A stretch of DNA of 63,049 nt, counting the filler, from Octopus bimaculoides (taxonomy: Eukaryota), in assembly GCF_001194135.2 (NCBI RefSeq). It is 7 parts of 6 records of this genome, joined end to end, with 100 filler letters (N's around TTAATTAATTAA, not from the genome) between each part and the next. Parts side by side here need not be neighbours in the genome. Positions count along the whole stretch, not along the records: positions 1 to 18,275 come from NC_068981.1; positions 18,376 to 25,193 come from NW_026323026.1; 5 more parts are not named here. One strand, written 5' to 3'. How positions within the stretch are numbered: position 1 is the stretch's first letter; the number at the start of each line of letters is the position of its first letter. The notes below the pieces were generated by a model. It saw nothing but the letters and a program-made list of their open reading frames with translations. It made no database searches and was not told the origin of the DNA. The position numbers and the translations under genes are program-made. Positions 12,157 to 23,289 of the stretch are shown piece by piece.

Positions 12157-13129
12157 CAGCCAGGCAGATAGATAGACAGACAAAGAGACAGAAAGATAGA
12201 TAGACAGATAGATAGATAGACGAATAGACAGATAGATAGACAGATAGATAGACAGATATATATATGTGTGCGTGTGCGTGTGTGCGTGTGCGTGTGTGCG
12301 TGTGCGTGTGTGTGTCCCATCACAACTTAACAACCGGTGCTGGTGTGTTTACGTCCTCGTAACTTAGCAGTTATCTATCTATCTATCTATCTATATATAT
12401 ATATATATAAAATTTATATACATATACATACATACATATATNNNNNNNNNNNNNNNNNNNNNNNNNNNNNNNNNNNNNNNNNNNNNNNNNNNNNNNNNNN
12501 NNNNNNNNNNNNNNNNNNNNNNNNNNNNNNNNNNNNNNNNNNNNNNNNNNNNNNNNNNNNNNNNNNNNNNNNNNNNNNNNNNNNNNNNNNNNNNNNNNNN
12601 NNNNNNNNNNNNNNNNNNNNNNNNNNNNNNNNNNNNNNNNNNNNNNNNNNNNNNNNNNNNNNNNNNNNNNNNNNNNNNNNNNNNNNNNNNNNNNNNNNNN
12701 NNNNNNNNNNNNNNNNNNNNNNNNNNNNNNNNNNNNNNNNNNNNNNNNNNNNNNNNNNNNNNNNNNNNNNNNNNNNNNNNNNNNNNNNNNNNNNNNNNNN
12801 NNNNNNNNNNNNNNNNNNNNNNNNNNNNNNNNNNNNNNNNNNNNNNNNNNNNNNNNNNNNNNNNNNNNNNNNNNNNNNNNNNNNNNNNNNNNNNNNNNNN
12901 NNNNNNNNNNNNNNNNNNNNNNNNNNNNNNNNNNNNNNNNNNNNNNNNNNNNNNNNNNNNNNNNNNNNNNNNNNNNNNNNNNNNNNNNNNNNNNNNNNNN
13001 NNNNNNNNNNNNNNNNNNNNNNNNNNNNNNNNNNNNNNNNNNNNNNNNNNNNNNNNNNNNNNNNNNNNNNNNNNNNNNNNNNNNNNNNNNNNNNNNNNNN
13101 NNNNNNNNNNNNNNNNNNNNNNNNNNNNT

Positions 13130-13380
13130 AGTCGTCATGCTGTTGGTGGTCGCGGCGGTTCGTGGTGGCGATGATGATGATGATGGTGATGATGGAAAAT
13201 GATAATCGTGGTGGTGGTAGTGGCCGCGGTGGCGGCGTCGGTGGTGCTGGTTACGGTGGCGTCGGTGGTGCTGGTGACGGCGGCGGCGGCGTCGGTGGTA
13301 GTCACGGCGGCGTTGGTTGTGGTGGTGGTGGTGGTCTCGGTTCCGGTAGCGGTGGGGGATGTTGGTAATAGAGGAGAAGG
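13130..13380. repeat. Degenerate GGT/GGC/GAT trinucleotide tract
   Basis: The GGN register shifts between frames and is interrupted by stops. Confidence 0.8.
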
Positions 13381-14764
13381 AGAGAAGGAGAAAACGGCAA
13401 AGTAGTTGTTGCTGCACCAATTACTGCTGATGTTGTTCATGGCACCGAGAATGTCAGGAATTCTAAGAGAGGGCGACGGACAGTCTCGGACACATATAAC
13501 AAGCCATGTAAGCATGAAATTGCCAACATCCGTTCCACAAGGGAATCACTAAAATCGAATACAAGTGTCGATATTCCTGGCGACAGAAAACAACTCGTTC
13601 AGAGTCTCCTGTCATAAGGCCACATCTACATACATACATACATACATACATACATACATACATACGTGCGTACTAACATACATGTCAGTATGTTTGTGTT
13701 TAGTATGTGTAATTATTCATACATACATACATACATACATACATGCATACATGCATACATACATACATACATATATATATNNNNNNNNNNNNNNNNNNNN
13801 NNNNNNNNNNNNNNNNNNNNNNNNNNNNNNNNNNNNNNNNNNNNNNNNNNNNNNNNNNNNNNNNNNNNNNNNNNNNNNNNNNNNNNNNNNNNNNNNNNNN
13901 NNNNNNNNNNNNNNNNNNNNNNNNNNNNNNNNNNNNNNNNNNNNNNNNNNNNNNNNNNNNNNNNNNNNNNNNNNNNNNNNNNNNNNNNNNNNNNNNNNNN
14001 NNNNNNNNNNNNNNNNNNNNNNNNNNNNNNNNNNNNNNNNNNNNNNNNNNNNNNNNNNNNNNNNNNNNNNNNNNNNNNNNNNNNNNNNNNNNNNNNNNNN
14101 NNNNNNNNNNNNNNNNNNNNNNNNNNNNNNNNNNNNNNNNNNNNNNNNNNNNNNNNNNNNNNNNNNNNNNNNNNNNNNNNNNNNNNNNNNNNNNNNNNNN
14201 NNNNNNNNNNNNNNNNNNNNNNNNNNNNNNNNNNNNNNNNNNNNNNNNNNNNNNNNNNNNNNNNNNNNNNNNNNNNNNNNNNNNNNNNNNNNNNNNNNNN
14301 NNNNNNNNNNNNNNNNNNNNNNNNNNNNNNNNNNNNNNNNNNNNNNNNNNNNNNNNNNNNNNNNNNNNNNNNNNNNNNNNNNNNNNNNNNNNNNNNNNNN
14401 NNNNNNNNNNNNNNNNNNNNNNNNNNNNNNNNNNNNNNNNNNNNNNNNNNNNNNNNNNNNNNNNNNNNNNNNNNNNNNNNNNNNNNNNNNNNNNNNNNNN
14501 NNNNNNNNNNNNNNNNNNNNNNNNNNNNNNNNNNNNNNNNNNNNNNNNNNNNNNNNNNNNNNNNNNNNNNNNNNNNNNNNNNNNNNNNNNNNNNNNNNNN
14601 NNNNNNNNNNNNNNNNNNNNNNNNNNNNNNNNNNNNNNNNNNNNNNNNNNNNNNNNNNNNNNNNNNNNNNNNNNNNNNNNNNNNNNNNNNNNNNNNNNNN
14701 NNNNNNNNNNNNNNNNNNNNNNNNNNNNNNNNNNNNNNNNNNNNNNNNNNNNNNNNNNNNNNNN

Positions 14765-15575
14765 TTACTTCCGACACATGCTTCGAAGATATTATACATT
14801 AATTCCATTCAATCTTATTCTACCTTTACTAATGGAGACATGAAATCTAGTTGTAAGGATATAAACGATATCAATTTTAATTTATACGCCAACACCAAAT
14901 AGAAGAAGGGAGATAACTCTTATCTAAACCCCTTTTTTCATTCTAAAGGTAAATCGATGTCTTTTTATAATAGTTACACTAAAAAGAAGGCGACTACTAG
15001 CAAAACTATTTGGTTGCTTATTCCTTATGGGAGGTAAATTAAATCTAATCTTCCTTTCCAGTTTCGGGAATTTTCCAAAAAATTCTCGGTATTACTCTAT
15101 CATCAACTCGCACACGGTTAGGATTGGTTTTTCCAACACAAAAAATCTCTTACAAATTATCTCCTCACATAATATAAGTCTGTTAAATAAGAATCCATTT
15201 ACTAATGCTAACATTAATTTAGCTAATACCATCCGTCCCCCTAGAAATATTAATAACAAGGTCATTGTCTTTGAAGTCAATTCCAACAGAATTAAGCTTA
15301 CGTCAAGTAATTCTAAGATTAAAAACTCTATATACCAGTGTAAAATTACTTCAGGTACCGATGTCTTTCTTGGTTTCTGATTTGTTTCTTTCCTTTACCC
15401 CTCCTCTTTCTATAGGCTACAACACAGTGATGGTGTTTTCTAAGGTCAGCATGTTCAAACAGGCACCTTCCCACCGCATGTCACTTCCAACCGGTTCTGA
15501 CCTGACAACTAACTAAAACTCAGTGGTCATGTTTATGGCGAACTAAAGAGCTGCGTCGAAACTAAAGTCCCATAC
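14765..15575 (+). mobile_element. Penelope-like element 3' part (RT thumb/linker to GIY-YIG start), highly diverged
   Basis: TIWLLIPY resembles IWFNPPY; FPKNSRYYSIINSHTVRIGFSNTKNLLQIISSHNISLL resembles the HFP..H.Y.KIFN..TVK.SYSC..N...II..HN..LL linker; NSIYQCKI..VFLG is GIY-like. A hammerhead-like remnant follows at 15534-15574. Confidence 0.75.
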
Positions 15576-15689
15576 CAAAAACCTTTATTGCTCTGTTCCA
15601 GTTATCTTAGTGTGGAACCACCCAGTGGATTGATGATTGGCATATCAGCTCGGCTTGTCGTTTTATTTTCGATTTCGACATCCAAGTTT

Positions 15690-16065
15690 TGTTGGCACTC
15701 CGTCGCTTACGACGACGAGGGTTCCAGTTGATCCGATCAACGGAACAGCCTGCTCGTGAAATTAACGTGCAAGTGGCTGAGCACTCCACAGACACGTGTA
15801 CCCCAAACGTAGTTCTCGGGGATTTTCAGCGTGACACAGTGTGACAAGGCTGACCCTTTGAATTACAGGCACAACAGAAACAGGAAGAAAGAGTAAGTTG
15901 TGGTGGAAGAGTACAGCAGGGTTCACCACGATCCCCTGCCGGAGCCTCGTGGAGCTTTAGTGTTTTCGCTCAATAAATACTCACAACGCCCGGTCTAGGA
16001 ATCGAAACCGCGATCCTATGACCGCGAGTCCGCTGCCCTAACCACTGGGCCATTGCGCCTCCACA
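15690..16065 (-). mobile_element. SINE family C, full length with 12-bp target-site duplication
   Basis: tRNA-like head GTGGAGGCGCAATGGCCCAGTGGTTAGGGC...GGTTTCGATTCC and tail GGAACCCTCGTCGTCGTAAGCGACGGAGTGCCAAC. TSD ACATCCAAGTTT at 15678-15689 and 16066-16077. Confidence 0.92.
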
Positions 16066-17322
16066 ACATCCAAGTTTACACTCTCATCTACCCGCTTACG
16101 GTTGATGGAAACCTCATCACCATAGACATCGGCAAGTTCTTCCTTTAATTGCTTTGTTGAAGGCGCAGCAAATGTCCTCTATTCTTTCTCAAGAAACAAG
16201 GTCAATTCACAATTCTCCTTGCTTTTTTCTTTTATAAAGTTATTCGACAAGGAGGTAGAATTTTTTGTCACATCATTTTCCCTAGATTCTTCTCTTTCTT
16301 TTTTACTTGGTAAGTTGCTTTATATTCAAAACGTCTCTCTAGTTGACAATATTGGCGAATCATTCTTGTTACTGTCTGCTTTATGCAAACTGCAGATATC
16401 ACCAACATCTGTGCTTGCTTTACAAATGTATTCATTTGTATTTTCCAGAATTTTTCCCCATCTGTTAATGCCTGTAGCGAGTGTTTATTGAATTGTCATT
16501 AACGCTATTTCCTTCGTTTCATCTACTACAATTTGCGATTCTATTTCTACAATATACAACGAAATTTTCTTGAAAGCTTTTCGGAGCTTTTACGCTGCTA
16601 TCGAATTGTGTTTAGCACCTCAATCCACTATCCAGGCAGTAAGAAAAGTAAACGGAAGTTTACAAAATGAAAAAAATAAATAAATAAATATATAAATTAA
16701 TAATTATTGTTGCTGTTTTAGGGGATATTAAAGATGTGTGGTCCTTAAACCTGCTAAGTGCAAAGTTTAAATTTTTGGCCAAGGGGTTAGCAAAAAGGTT
16801 GGCGCTTGTCATATGTGGTTTGGTCGGGGAAACACAATATGTGAGATCCACAATAGATCCATTTGCGACAACCTCCACCTCATGCGATACATCATAGTGG
16901 GAGCAGGTAACAAATTTGGTGTTGGCAGGGCCCTGATCAACTTGGACCGGTCGAGAGGCTTCGACAGGTCAACCACCTCTACTTGACAGTAGTTCTAAAC
17001 GCAGCCGGTTTCAGATTTATTTTCAGCAGATGAATCACAGCAACACAGCAGCGCTTGTTCCACTATGCAGCTGAGGAGTACATTTTCATTGCACATTTTA
17101 TGTAGTGTTCTCACTACATGAATAAATGAAGTGTGTACGAAACGTACGTACTGCTATAACCTATTGAATTTTTGCTGCTTTTCTTCAAATTTTATTCACC
17201 AAATCTCTTGATTTTGTTTTTGGTCTTTCCCTACCAAATTCTGCTGCCTCAAACATTTTAAGTACCACATTTAATCTTTTGATTAAATCTATATTATTAT
17301 GATTATTATTATTATTATTTTT

Positions 17323-17361
<39 letters not shown>

Positions 17362-17367
<6 letters not shown>

Positions 17368-17755
17368 CCCAAACCTTGTATTCTGTGACCACAAGACCCC
17401 TAATATCTGGCCAACTAACTCTTCAGACTGCAACCCCCTTGATTATTATGTATGGGGAGCAGTTGAGCGAGAGACCAACAAAACTTCTTGTAACACCAAA
17501 GGTGAAGTGAAGGCAAGGATTATGGAAGCATTCACCAACTTAAACAAGGTGACTGTCCAGAAGAGTAGCAGGAGATTCCGAAGTTGTCTGGTGACCGTGG
17601 TTGAAACCAATGGCGATTTCATTGAATAAATTTACCTTTTTAGTATTTCAAGATATTTTAGTGTAATTTTGATAAATATATCTGTTAAAATGAGATGTCA
17701 GCACTATTTTCATTTTTGATTAATTTAGACGACAATTTATTCACCGCATCTTGTA
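17362..17755 (+). mobile_element. Tc1/mariner (DD37D/maT-like) 3' fragment with right TIR
   Basis: IWPTNSSDCNPLDYYVWGAVERETN...VVETNGDFIE* (17384-17629), then a TIR-like end AATTTATTCACCGCATCTTG followed by TA. Confidence 0.85.
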
Positions 17756-18228
17756 TATGTGCGTGTGTGTGTGTGTGTGTGTGTGTCTGTATGTATGTAT
17801 GTGAGGTTGTATGTTTGTATGCATATACGTGCGTATATGCGACTGTATGAGTTTGCTTTTCTGTACAAAATACGTATAATCGGCGCCCATTTGTATATCT
17901 GTGCGAGTGTCTTTATGTGTATTTATGTCTGTATAGTTCTATGCGCTTGTAATTCTGTGTATACGTCTTTCTTTAACTGCGTGTGTCTATGCCGTTGTGT
18001 ATGTATGTATGTATATACAAATGTTTGTATGTATATATATTATATATTTTGTATTATATATATATATATATGTGCGTGTGCGTGTGTGGGGGGGGACTGT
18101 GTATGACTGTATATACATATATACACATGCACATATCCACGTATGTGTGTTTTTGTGAATGGGTGTGTGCGTAAGTATATATATGTGTTTGTGTGTGTGC
18201 GCGTGTGTGCGTGCGTGTATGTGCGTTC

Positions 18229-18275
<47 letters not shown>

Positions 18276-18319
18276 NNNNNNNNNNNNNNNNNNNNNNNNN
18301 NNNNNNNNNNNNNNNNNNN

Positions 18320-18331
18320 TTAATTAATTAA
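18320..18331. other. Artificial scaffold spacer TTAATTAATTAA inside a 100-bp gap (44 N + 12 + 44 N)
   Basis: Identical islands at 25238-49, 31317-28, 34252-63, 41956-67 and 59470-81; the palindrome places stops in all six frames. Confidence 0.95.
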
Positions 18332-18521
18332 NNNNNNNNNNNNNNNNNNNNNNNNNNNNNNNNNNNNNNNNNNNNTATATATAATGTACAACGGGCTTCT
18401 TTCATTACTGTCTACCAAATGTGCTCACAAGGCATTGGTTGGCTCCAGGCTATGGTAGAAAACACTTGCCCAAGGTGACGCGCAATGGAACTGAACCAGA
18501 AACCATGTGGTTGGTAAGTAA

Positions 18522-19325
18522 GCAATAGCGTGCCTAGCGATGCAACTACGTATTCCAAGCTGTAAATACCAGCCGATGCTCGTTTAATCGAAACTGCAGC
18601 AGTATGTACTTCACTGCTGCTATAAGCACGTACTTGCGGCGGAAACAAAAAACCTGAACATGTCAGTACGAAACAATGGCGACAAAAATAAGCTCCATAA
18701 CATAAATCTGTACCCGGCGACGCAACAGCGTGCCTAGCGCCGCAAAAAACGTGCCCAAAGCCGCAACTACGTATTCCAAGCCGTGAAAACCAGCTGATGC
18801 CCGTTTATACGAAACTACGATAGTATGTGCGTCACTGATACCATAAGTACGTAATTGCGACCGAAACAATAAGCCTCAGGCCGTAAGTACGAAACAATGG
18901 CGACAAAAATAAGCTCCATAACATAAATCTGTACCCGGCGACGCAACAGCGTGCCTAGCGCCGCAACTACGTATTCCAAGCCGTAAATACCAGCTGATGC
19001 CCGTTTATACGAAAGTGCGGCAGTATGTGCGTCACTGCTGCCATAAGTACGTACTTGCGGCTAAAACAACAAACCTGAACACGTAAGTACGAAACAATGG
19101 CGACAAAAATAAACTCCACAAAGTAAATCTGTACCCGGCGACGCAACAGCGTGCCTAGCGCCGCAAAAACATGCCCAAAGCCGCAGCTACGCATTCCAAG
19201 CTGTAAATACCAGACGATGCCTGTTTATACGAAACTGCGGCAGTATGTACTTCGCTGCTGCCATAAGTACGTACTTGCGGCCGAAACAACAAACCTGAAC
19301 ACGTAAGTACGAAACAATGGCGACA
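18522..19325. repeat. Hierarchical tandem array: 40 diverged 20-nt monomers in units of 200/221/200/>180 nt
   Basis: Units start at 18522, 18722, 18943 and 19143 (GCAAYAGCGTGCCTAGCG). Units 2 and 4 carry an extra monomer GCAAAAACRTGCCCAAAGCC. Confidence 0.95.
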
Positions 19326-20029
19326 GATAGGTTTATCTGAGGTTCACGCAGAGTGAAACTATTCTGCATGTTCCCGTTCATTGTCTGGGCATTGCTGACT
19401 TCTGAAGCTGTTGTTAGGTGTCGGACAGATTCATCTATTGGCCAAGACTATAGTGAGGATTGTCCCACCAGCCTGCTTCAATCAGGCTGGTGGGGCAGTT
19501 TTCCTTTGTCTAGTGGCTGTGGAAAAAGAGGTTGTATGGTGAACGAGGCTAAAAGCTATGAGGACAGAGGAATTCCACTTTGGTGGGGGCCTCCTTGACT
19601 TTTTAAAGTTTCAATACAAAGGAAAGGGATGGTAGAGGGGGTGTCCTGTCCCCCTGGGTGAAAATAACAAAAATCCCAAGAGCAGATGACATCATTGTAA
19701 AGTGTAGACCTGAAAATCGAAGAATAAGAGCTGGAGTGTGCAATTGTTCAGGGAGATCTTAGATGGTGAGGTTCCTTGTTTGGTCCCAGAGGTGCTTCTA
19801 TATCATGAGGGTCACATCACTATCATCTTTTTTGAAACTGATCTTTTCCTTTATTTCTTTTCTTGTAAACTTGTATTTATGTGTTTTTATTGCATCATTC
19901 CTACACTTTGTCTGCTTCAGTATTGTTCATCTCCTTCAGCACTCTGATGACAAACTCATTATCAAGCTATCACATGCTAATTTAATCAGGAGCAATGTTA
20001 TTTTGATGTTTGCTGACAACTCACCTCAA

Positions 20030-20390
20030 ATCTCAAGAATCTTTCTTCAGATTCTGGCAGAATCTAGGATGGAATGTTTTCTGCAGGTCATCAATGCAAA
20101 TTTCAATTCCAATTTCTTTCAGTCTTTTTGGTAGCATTTTAAGTGTGGCGCCAACCCTAACCAATTCCTACAGCAATAATTGTTGTCTTCGTCTTACGCT
20201 CTCTCCTCAGCTCTCTGGTGAGATCCTCATATTTCCCAATTTCTTAAATTTCTTTGCTATCAACCCTGCTATTACAAGGAATTGCAAAATCTATGACCTT
20301 ACACATTTTTTTGTCCTCAAAATTCATGTCCGGTCTTCTTGCTTCAATAGTATGGGGAGGTCCGATAAATAAGATCCCATAATTCTTGTT
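20030..20390 (-). mobile_element. R4/Dong-like (RLE) LINE C-terminal fragment, degenerate
   Basis: Minus strand: IEARRPD...KVIDFAIPCNSRVDSKE..IGKYEDL.RELRR...LQK, the restriction-like endonuclease PD..D..K region, with frameshifts. Confidence 0.7.
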
Positions 20391-21049
20391 CTTTGTCACT
20401 ATCATTACCAGTAATCATGATAATAGTCAGTGAATTATGATGAATATGTTGGTCGTGGAGATGATAATGTTTACGAGGAGGAAACATGAAGACTTCAAAA
20501 GTAATTCCTTATTGATTTTCACAAGAATTTATTTGTTAGAAATTTCCGAAACTAGAAAAGAAAAGAAAAAATCATTGATAAAGACTAAGGAGTTCCTGAT
20601 CATATANNNNNNNNNNNNNNNNNNNNNNNNNNNNNNNNNNNNNNNNNNNNNNNNNNNNNNNNNNNNNNNNNNNNNNNNNNNNNNNNNNNNNNNNNNNNNN
20701 NNNNNNNNNNNNNNNNNNNNNNNNNNNNNNNNNNNNNNNNNNNNNNNNNNNNNNNNNNNNNNNNNNNNNNNNNNNNNNNNNNNNNNNNNNNNNNNNNNNN
20801 NNNNNNNNNNNNNNNNNNNNNNNNNNNNNNNNNNNNNNNNNNNNNNNNNNNNNNNNNNNNNNNNNNNNNNNNNNNNNNNNNNNNNNNNNNNNNNNNNNNN
20901 NNAAGATTCTTAGAAAGAGGGACAAAGACTAACACTGATGTATGAAATGTAGTTTTTATAATGTCAGGGACTTGTTGGTTGGAGGAGTTAACACCTCCTA
21001 CTAGCATGTTATTTTCATATTTCTTGCGACCAAGGATTATATATATATA

Positions 21050-21530
21050 TCATCATCATCGTTTAACATCCACTTTCCTTGCTAGCATGGGTTGGACAAT
21101 TTGACTGAGGACTGGCAAACCGGATGGCTGCACCAGGCTCCAATCTGATCTGGCAGAGTTTCTACAGCTGGATGCCCTTCCTAAAGTCAACCACTCCGAG
21201 AGTGTAGTGGGTGCTTTATGTGCCACCAGCACGAAGGCCAGTCAGGCGGTACTGGCAATGGCTGTGTTCAAAATGGTGTTTTTTGGATGCCACCTGCACA
21301 AGAACCAGTCCAGCAGCACTGGCAACGACCTCACTCGCATGTTTTCTAACGTGCCAGTAAAGCGATGCTGGTAACAACCATGCTCAAATGGTGCTATTTA
21401 TGTGCCACTGGCATGGAAGCCAGACAGCTGCTTTGGCAATGATCAAGCTTGGACAGTGTTGTTAGTGCTCCACTGGCACAGGTGCCAGTCATTGAATATG
21501 ATTCAATTACGATTTCGATTTCACTTGCCC
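21050..21530 (-). mobile_element. SINE family D (GGTTGGCGTTAGGAAGGGCATCCAGC box, (GAT)n tail, internal ~60-65-bp diverged repeats)
   Basis: CATCATCATCGTTTAAC tail at 21050 and repeated TGCCAC..GCA..RGCCAG units. Related pieces at ~21545-21672(+), 22660-22815(+), 28704-28880(-). Confidence 0.75.
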
Positions 21531-22076
21531 CAACAATAAGTATATATGATGCTTGGTTGGTGTTAAAAAAGGCATCCAGCCCCAGAAACCATGCCAAAGC
21601 AAACAGTAGAGCTTGGCATAGTTATCTAGCTGACCAGCAGCCAAAAGGGATGGAAGATATTAAATGATGATGGAAGGTTGCGGGGGTGGGTGGAACAAAC
21701 AGAGGAAATTCAAATCAACACATAAGTGTGTGTGTGTATGTGTGTATCATTGTAAATATAGTCTATCAGCACAGTTATCTCTCTTTCATATATATAAATA
21801 TATATATAATCATCATTATATATATGTATATATATATATATATATATTGAAAAAATGGGTACAGATGGCTTTTGGTGGGGATACTTAGAGCCAAAATTTG
21901 TTGAAAGGCTTTTCAACTTCACAATGCAGTTTATGGTAACTTGGTAGCTGTTTGATAGAGTCTGAAGGTTTGTGCTGTTCTGAGTTCAAATCCTGCAAAG
22001 ATCAACTTTGCCATTCATCTTTCCAGGATTGATAAAGGACCAACCTAGCACCAATGTTGGTCCCTCATCTACTTTA

Positions 22077-22113
<37 letters not shown>

Positions 22114-22217
22114 AACTACATAGCTCAAATCCATGCTCTAAGCCTGGTAGGACACAAGCACTACACAAACCATTCTTCTTCCATAAAACCAAGATAACAG
22201 TTTAATAATATATTTAC

Positions 22218-22291
22218 CATTTTTCTCACAATATTCTATGGCATCTTCTTGGGTTGCAAAATCCAGTTTCAAGTTTGATAAAGGATCAGCT
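22218..22291 (-). CDS. NDUFS4: NDUFS4 exon, 74 nt: (T)ADPLSNLKLDFATQEDAIEYCEKN(G)
   Basis: Matches the ADPLSN..L.F.T.EDA....EKNG motif. Acceptor gaatttctag, donor AATG|gtaaat. Phase 2 in and phase 1 out, compatible with the upstream exon; same size as human exon 4. Confidence 0.96.
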
Positions 22292-23113
22292 CTAGAAATT
22301 CAATAAAATTGATAATATTGACACATTGTTGAATTATTATTAACATTATTATTATCGTTATTGTTGTGACTGTCTCTTTTTCCTTCTTTCTCATTCCATA
22401 AATAATATAACTAAGAGTATTATTATCCAATATGTTCTTCCCTCTGACCTGGGGTTAAACAACAACCCTTAACCTTCCTATGTGACATCCCTTCTTTGCT
22501 CCTTTAATCAATACAGCAATGCTGCTTCCTTTTCCAACCTGGCAGCTTTGTAAAACCTTCGACCACTGCATACTGTCTGCAGCCACTCTTTACCATGCCC
22601 CATCATGATCGTGTGTTATTCAACATATATGCTTCCATTTTTAAAGATGACAGGTAACCCAACCCCCCATGCCAGTCCATGTAGAAACACCATGCTGGTG
22701 CCATGTAAAAAACACCCTGTAAAGTGGCTGCCGTTAGGAAAAGCATCTGGCTTAGAACCAAGCCAGGCTGGAACCCAGTACAGCTCTGGTCAAACCATCT
22801 AACCCATGCTAGCATGCTGGCTTGGATATTTCGATGGACATCAAAGGATGAATAGGAAGAGAATGTGATTTGAGAGAGATTTGACTGCTATTTCTAAAAA
22901 ATAGACTGACCATGTTGCAGCTCCTTCCTTCACTGGCCCAACATTTATAACGTTTAAAACCATTTTATAAGAACTGATGTTTGCATCAATCACTCACTGT
23001 TCCAAATCTTTTAACAAAACTCATCAAATTTTCCTTAAAAATTAGAAAGAAAATTTTTATCAGAGTTTAAAGAAGAAAAACAAAAACAGAGAATAGAAAA
23101 TGAAACCACTTAC

Positions 23114-23289
23114 GTGGAGCACCAACCCATGAGGGGATTCTCCCATCTTCCTTGAGTGTCGAATTCAATCATCCACCTTCTTGTGCCAAAGCTACCACTT
23201 TGCATGGCATTACGAGCCGGAACATAAATACGAGCCATGCGGGTCTTAATCTCTTCTTCTGGGACTCCATTTAAAGACGACACATCCAC
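23114..23289 (-). CDS. NDUFS4: NDUFS4 core exon, 176 nt: [58 protein letters not shown](T)
   Basis: The translation carries the NDUFS4 signature motifs GVPEE.IKTR, I.VPARN.MQSG and [11 protein letters not shown]. Acceptor cttctgtag, donor AC|gtaagt (phase 2). Confidence 0.97.

Noticed and set aside
13162-13616. Gly-rich ORF resembling structural proteins, followed by an 82-codon open frame; Thr/Ala mucin-like ORF on the other strand
   Set aside because: The GGN register jumps between frames, TAA TAG interrupts it, and no splice signals are present: a degenerate trinucleotide repeat.
15990-16064. tRNA gene-like sequence
   Set aside because: It is the tRNA-derived head of SINE C, bounded by a TSD. 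No standalone tRNA or rRNA gene could be supported in this window.
17050-17260. WNKR and RPKTKS peptides as the NDUFS4 last exon
   Set aside because: They are separated by stops, and WNKR is directly preceded by TAG. Likewise WNKTTR* near 7355 lacks the surrounding motif.
18522-19325. CRISPR-like interpretation of the array
   Set aside because: No invariant repeat alternating with unique spacers, no cas genes, and a eukaryotic context.
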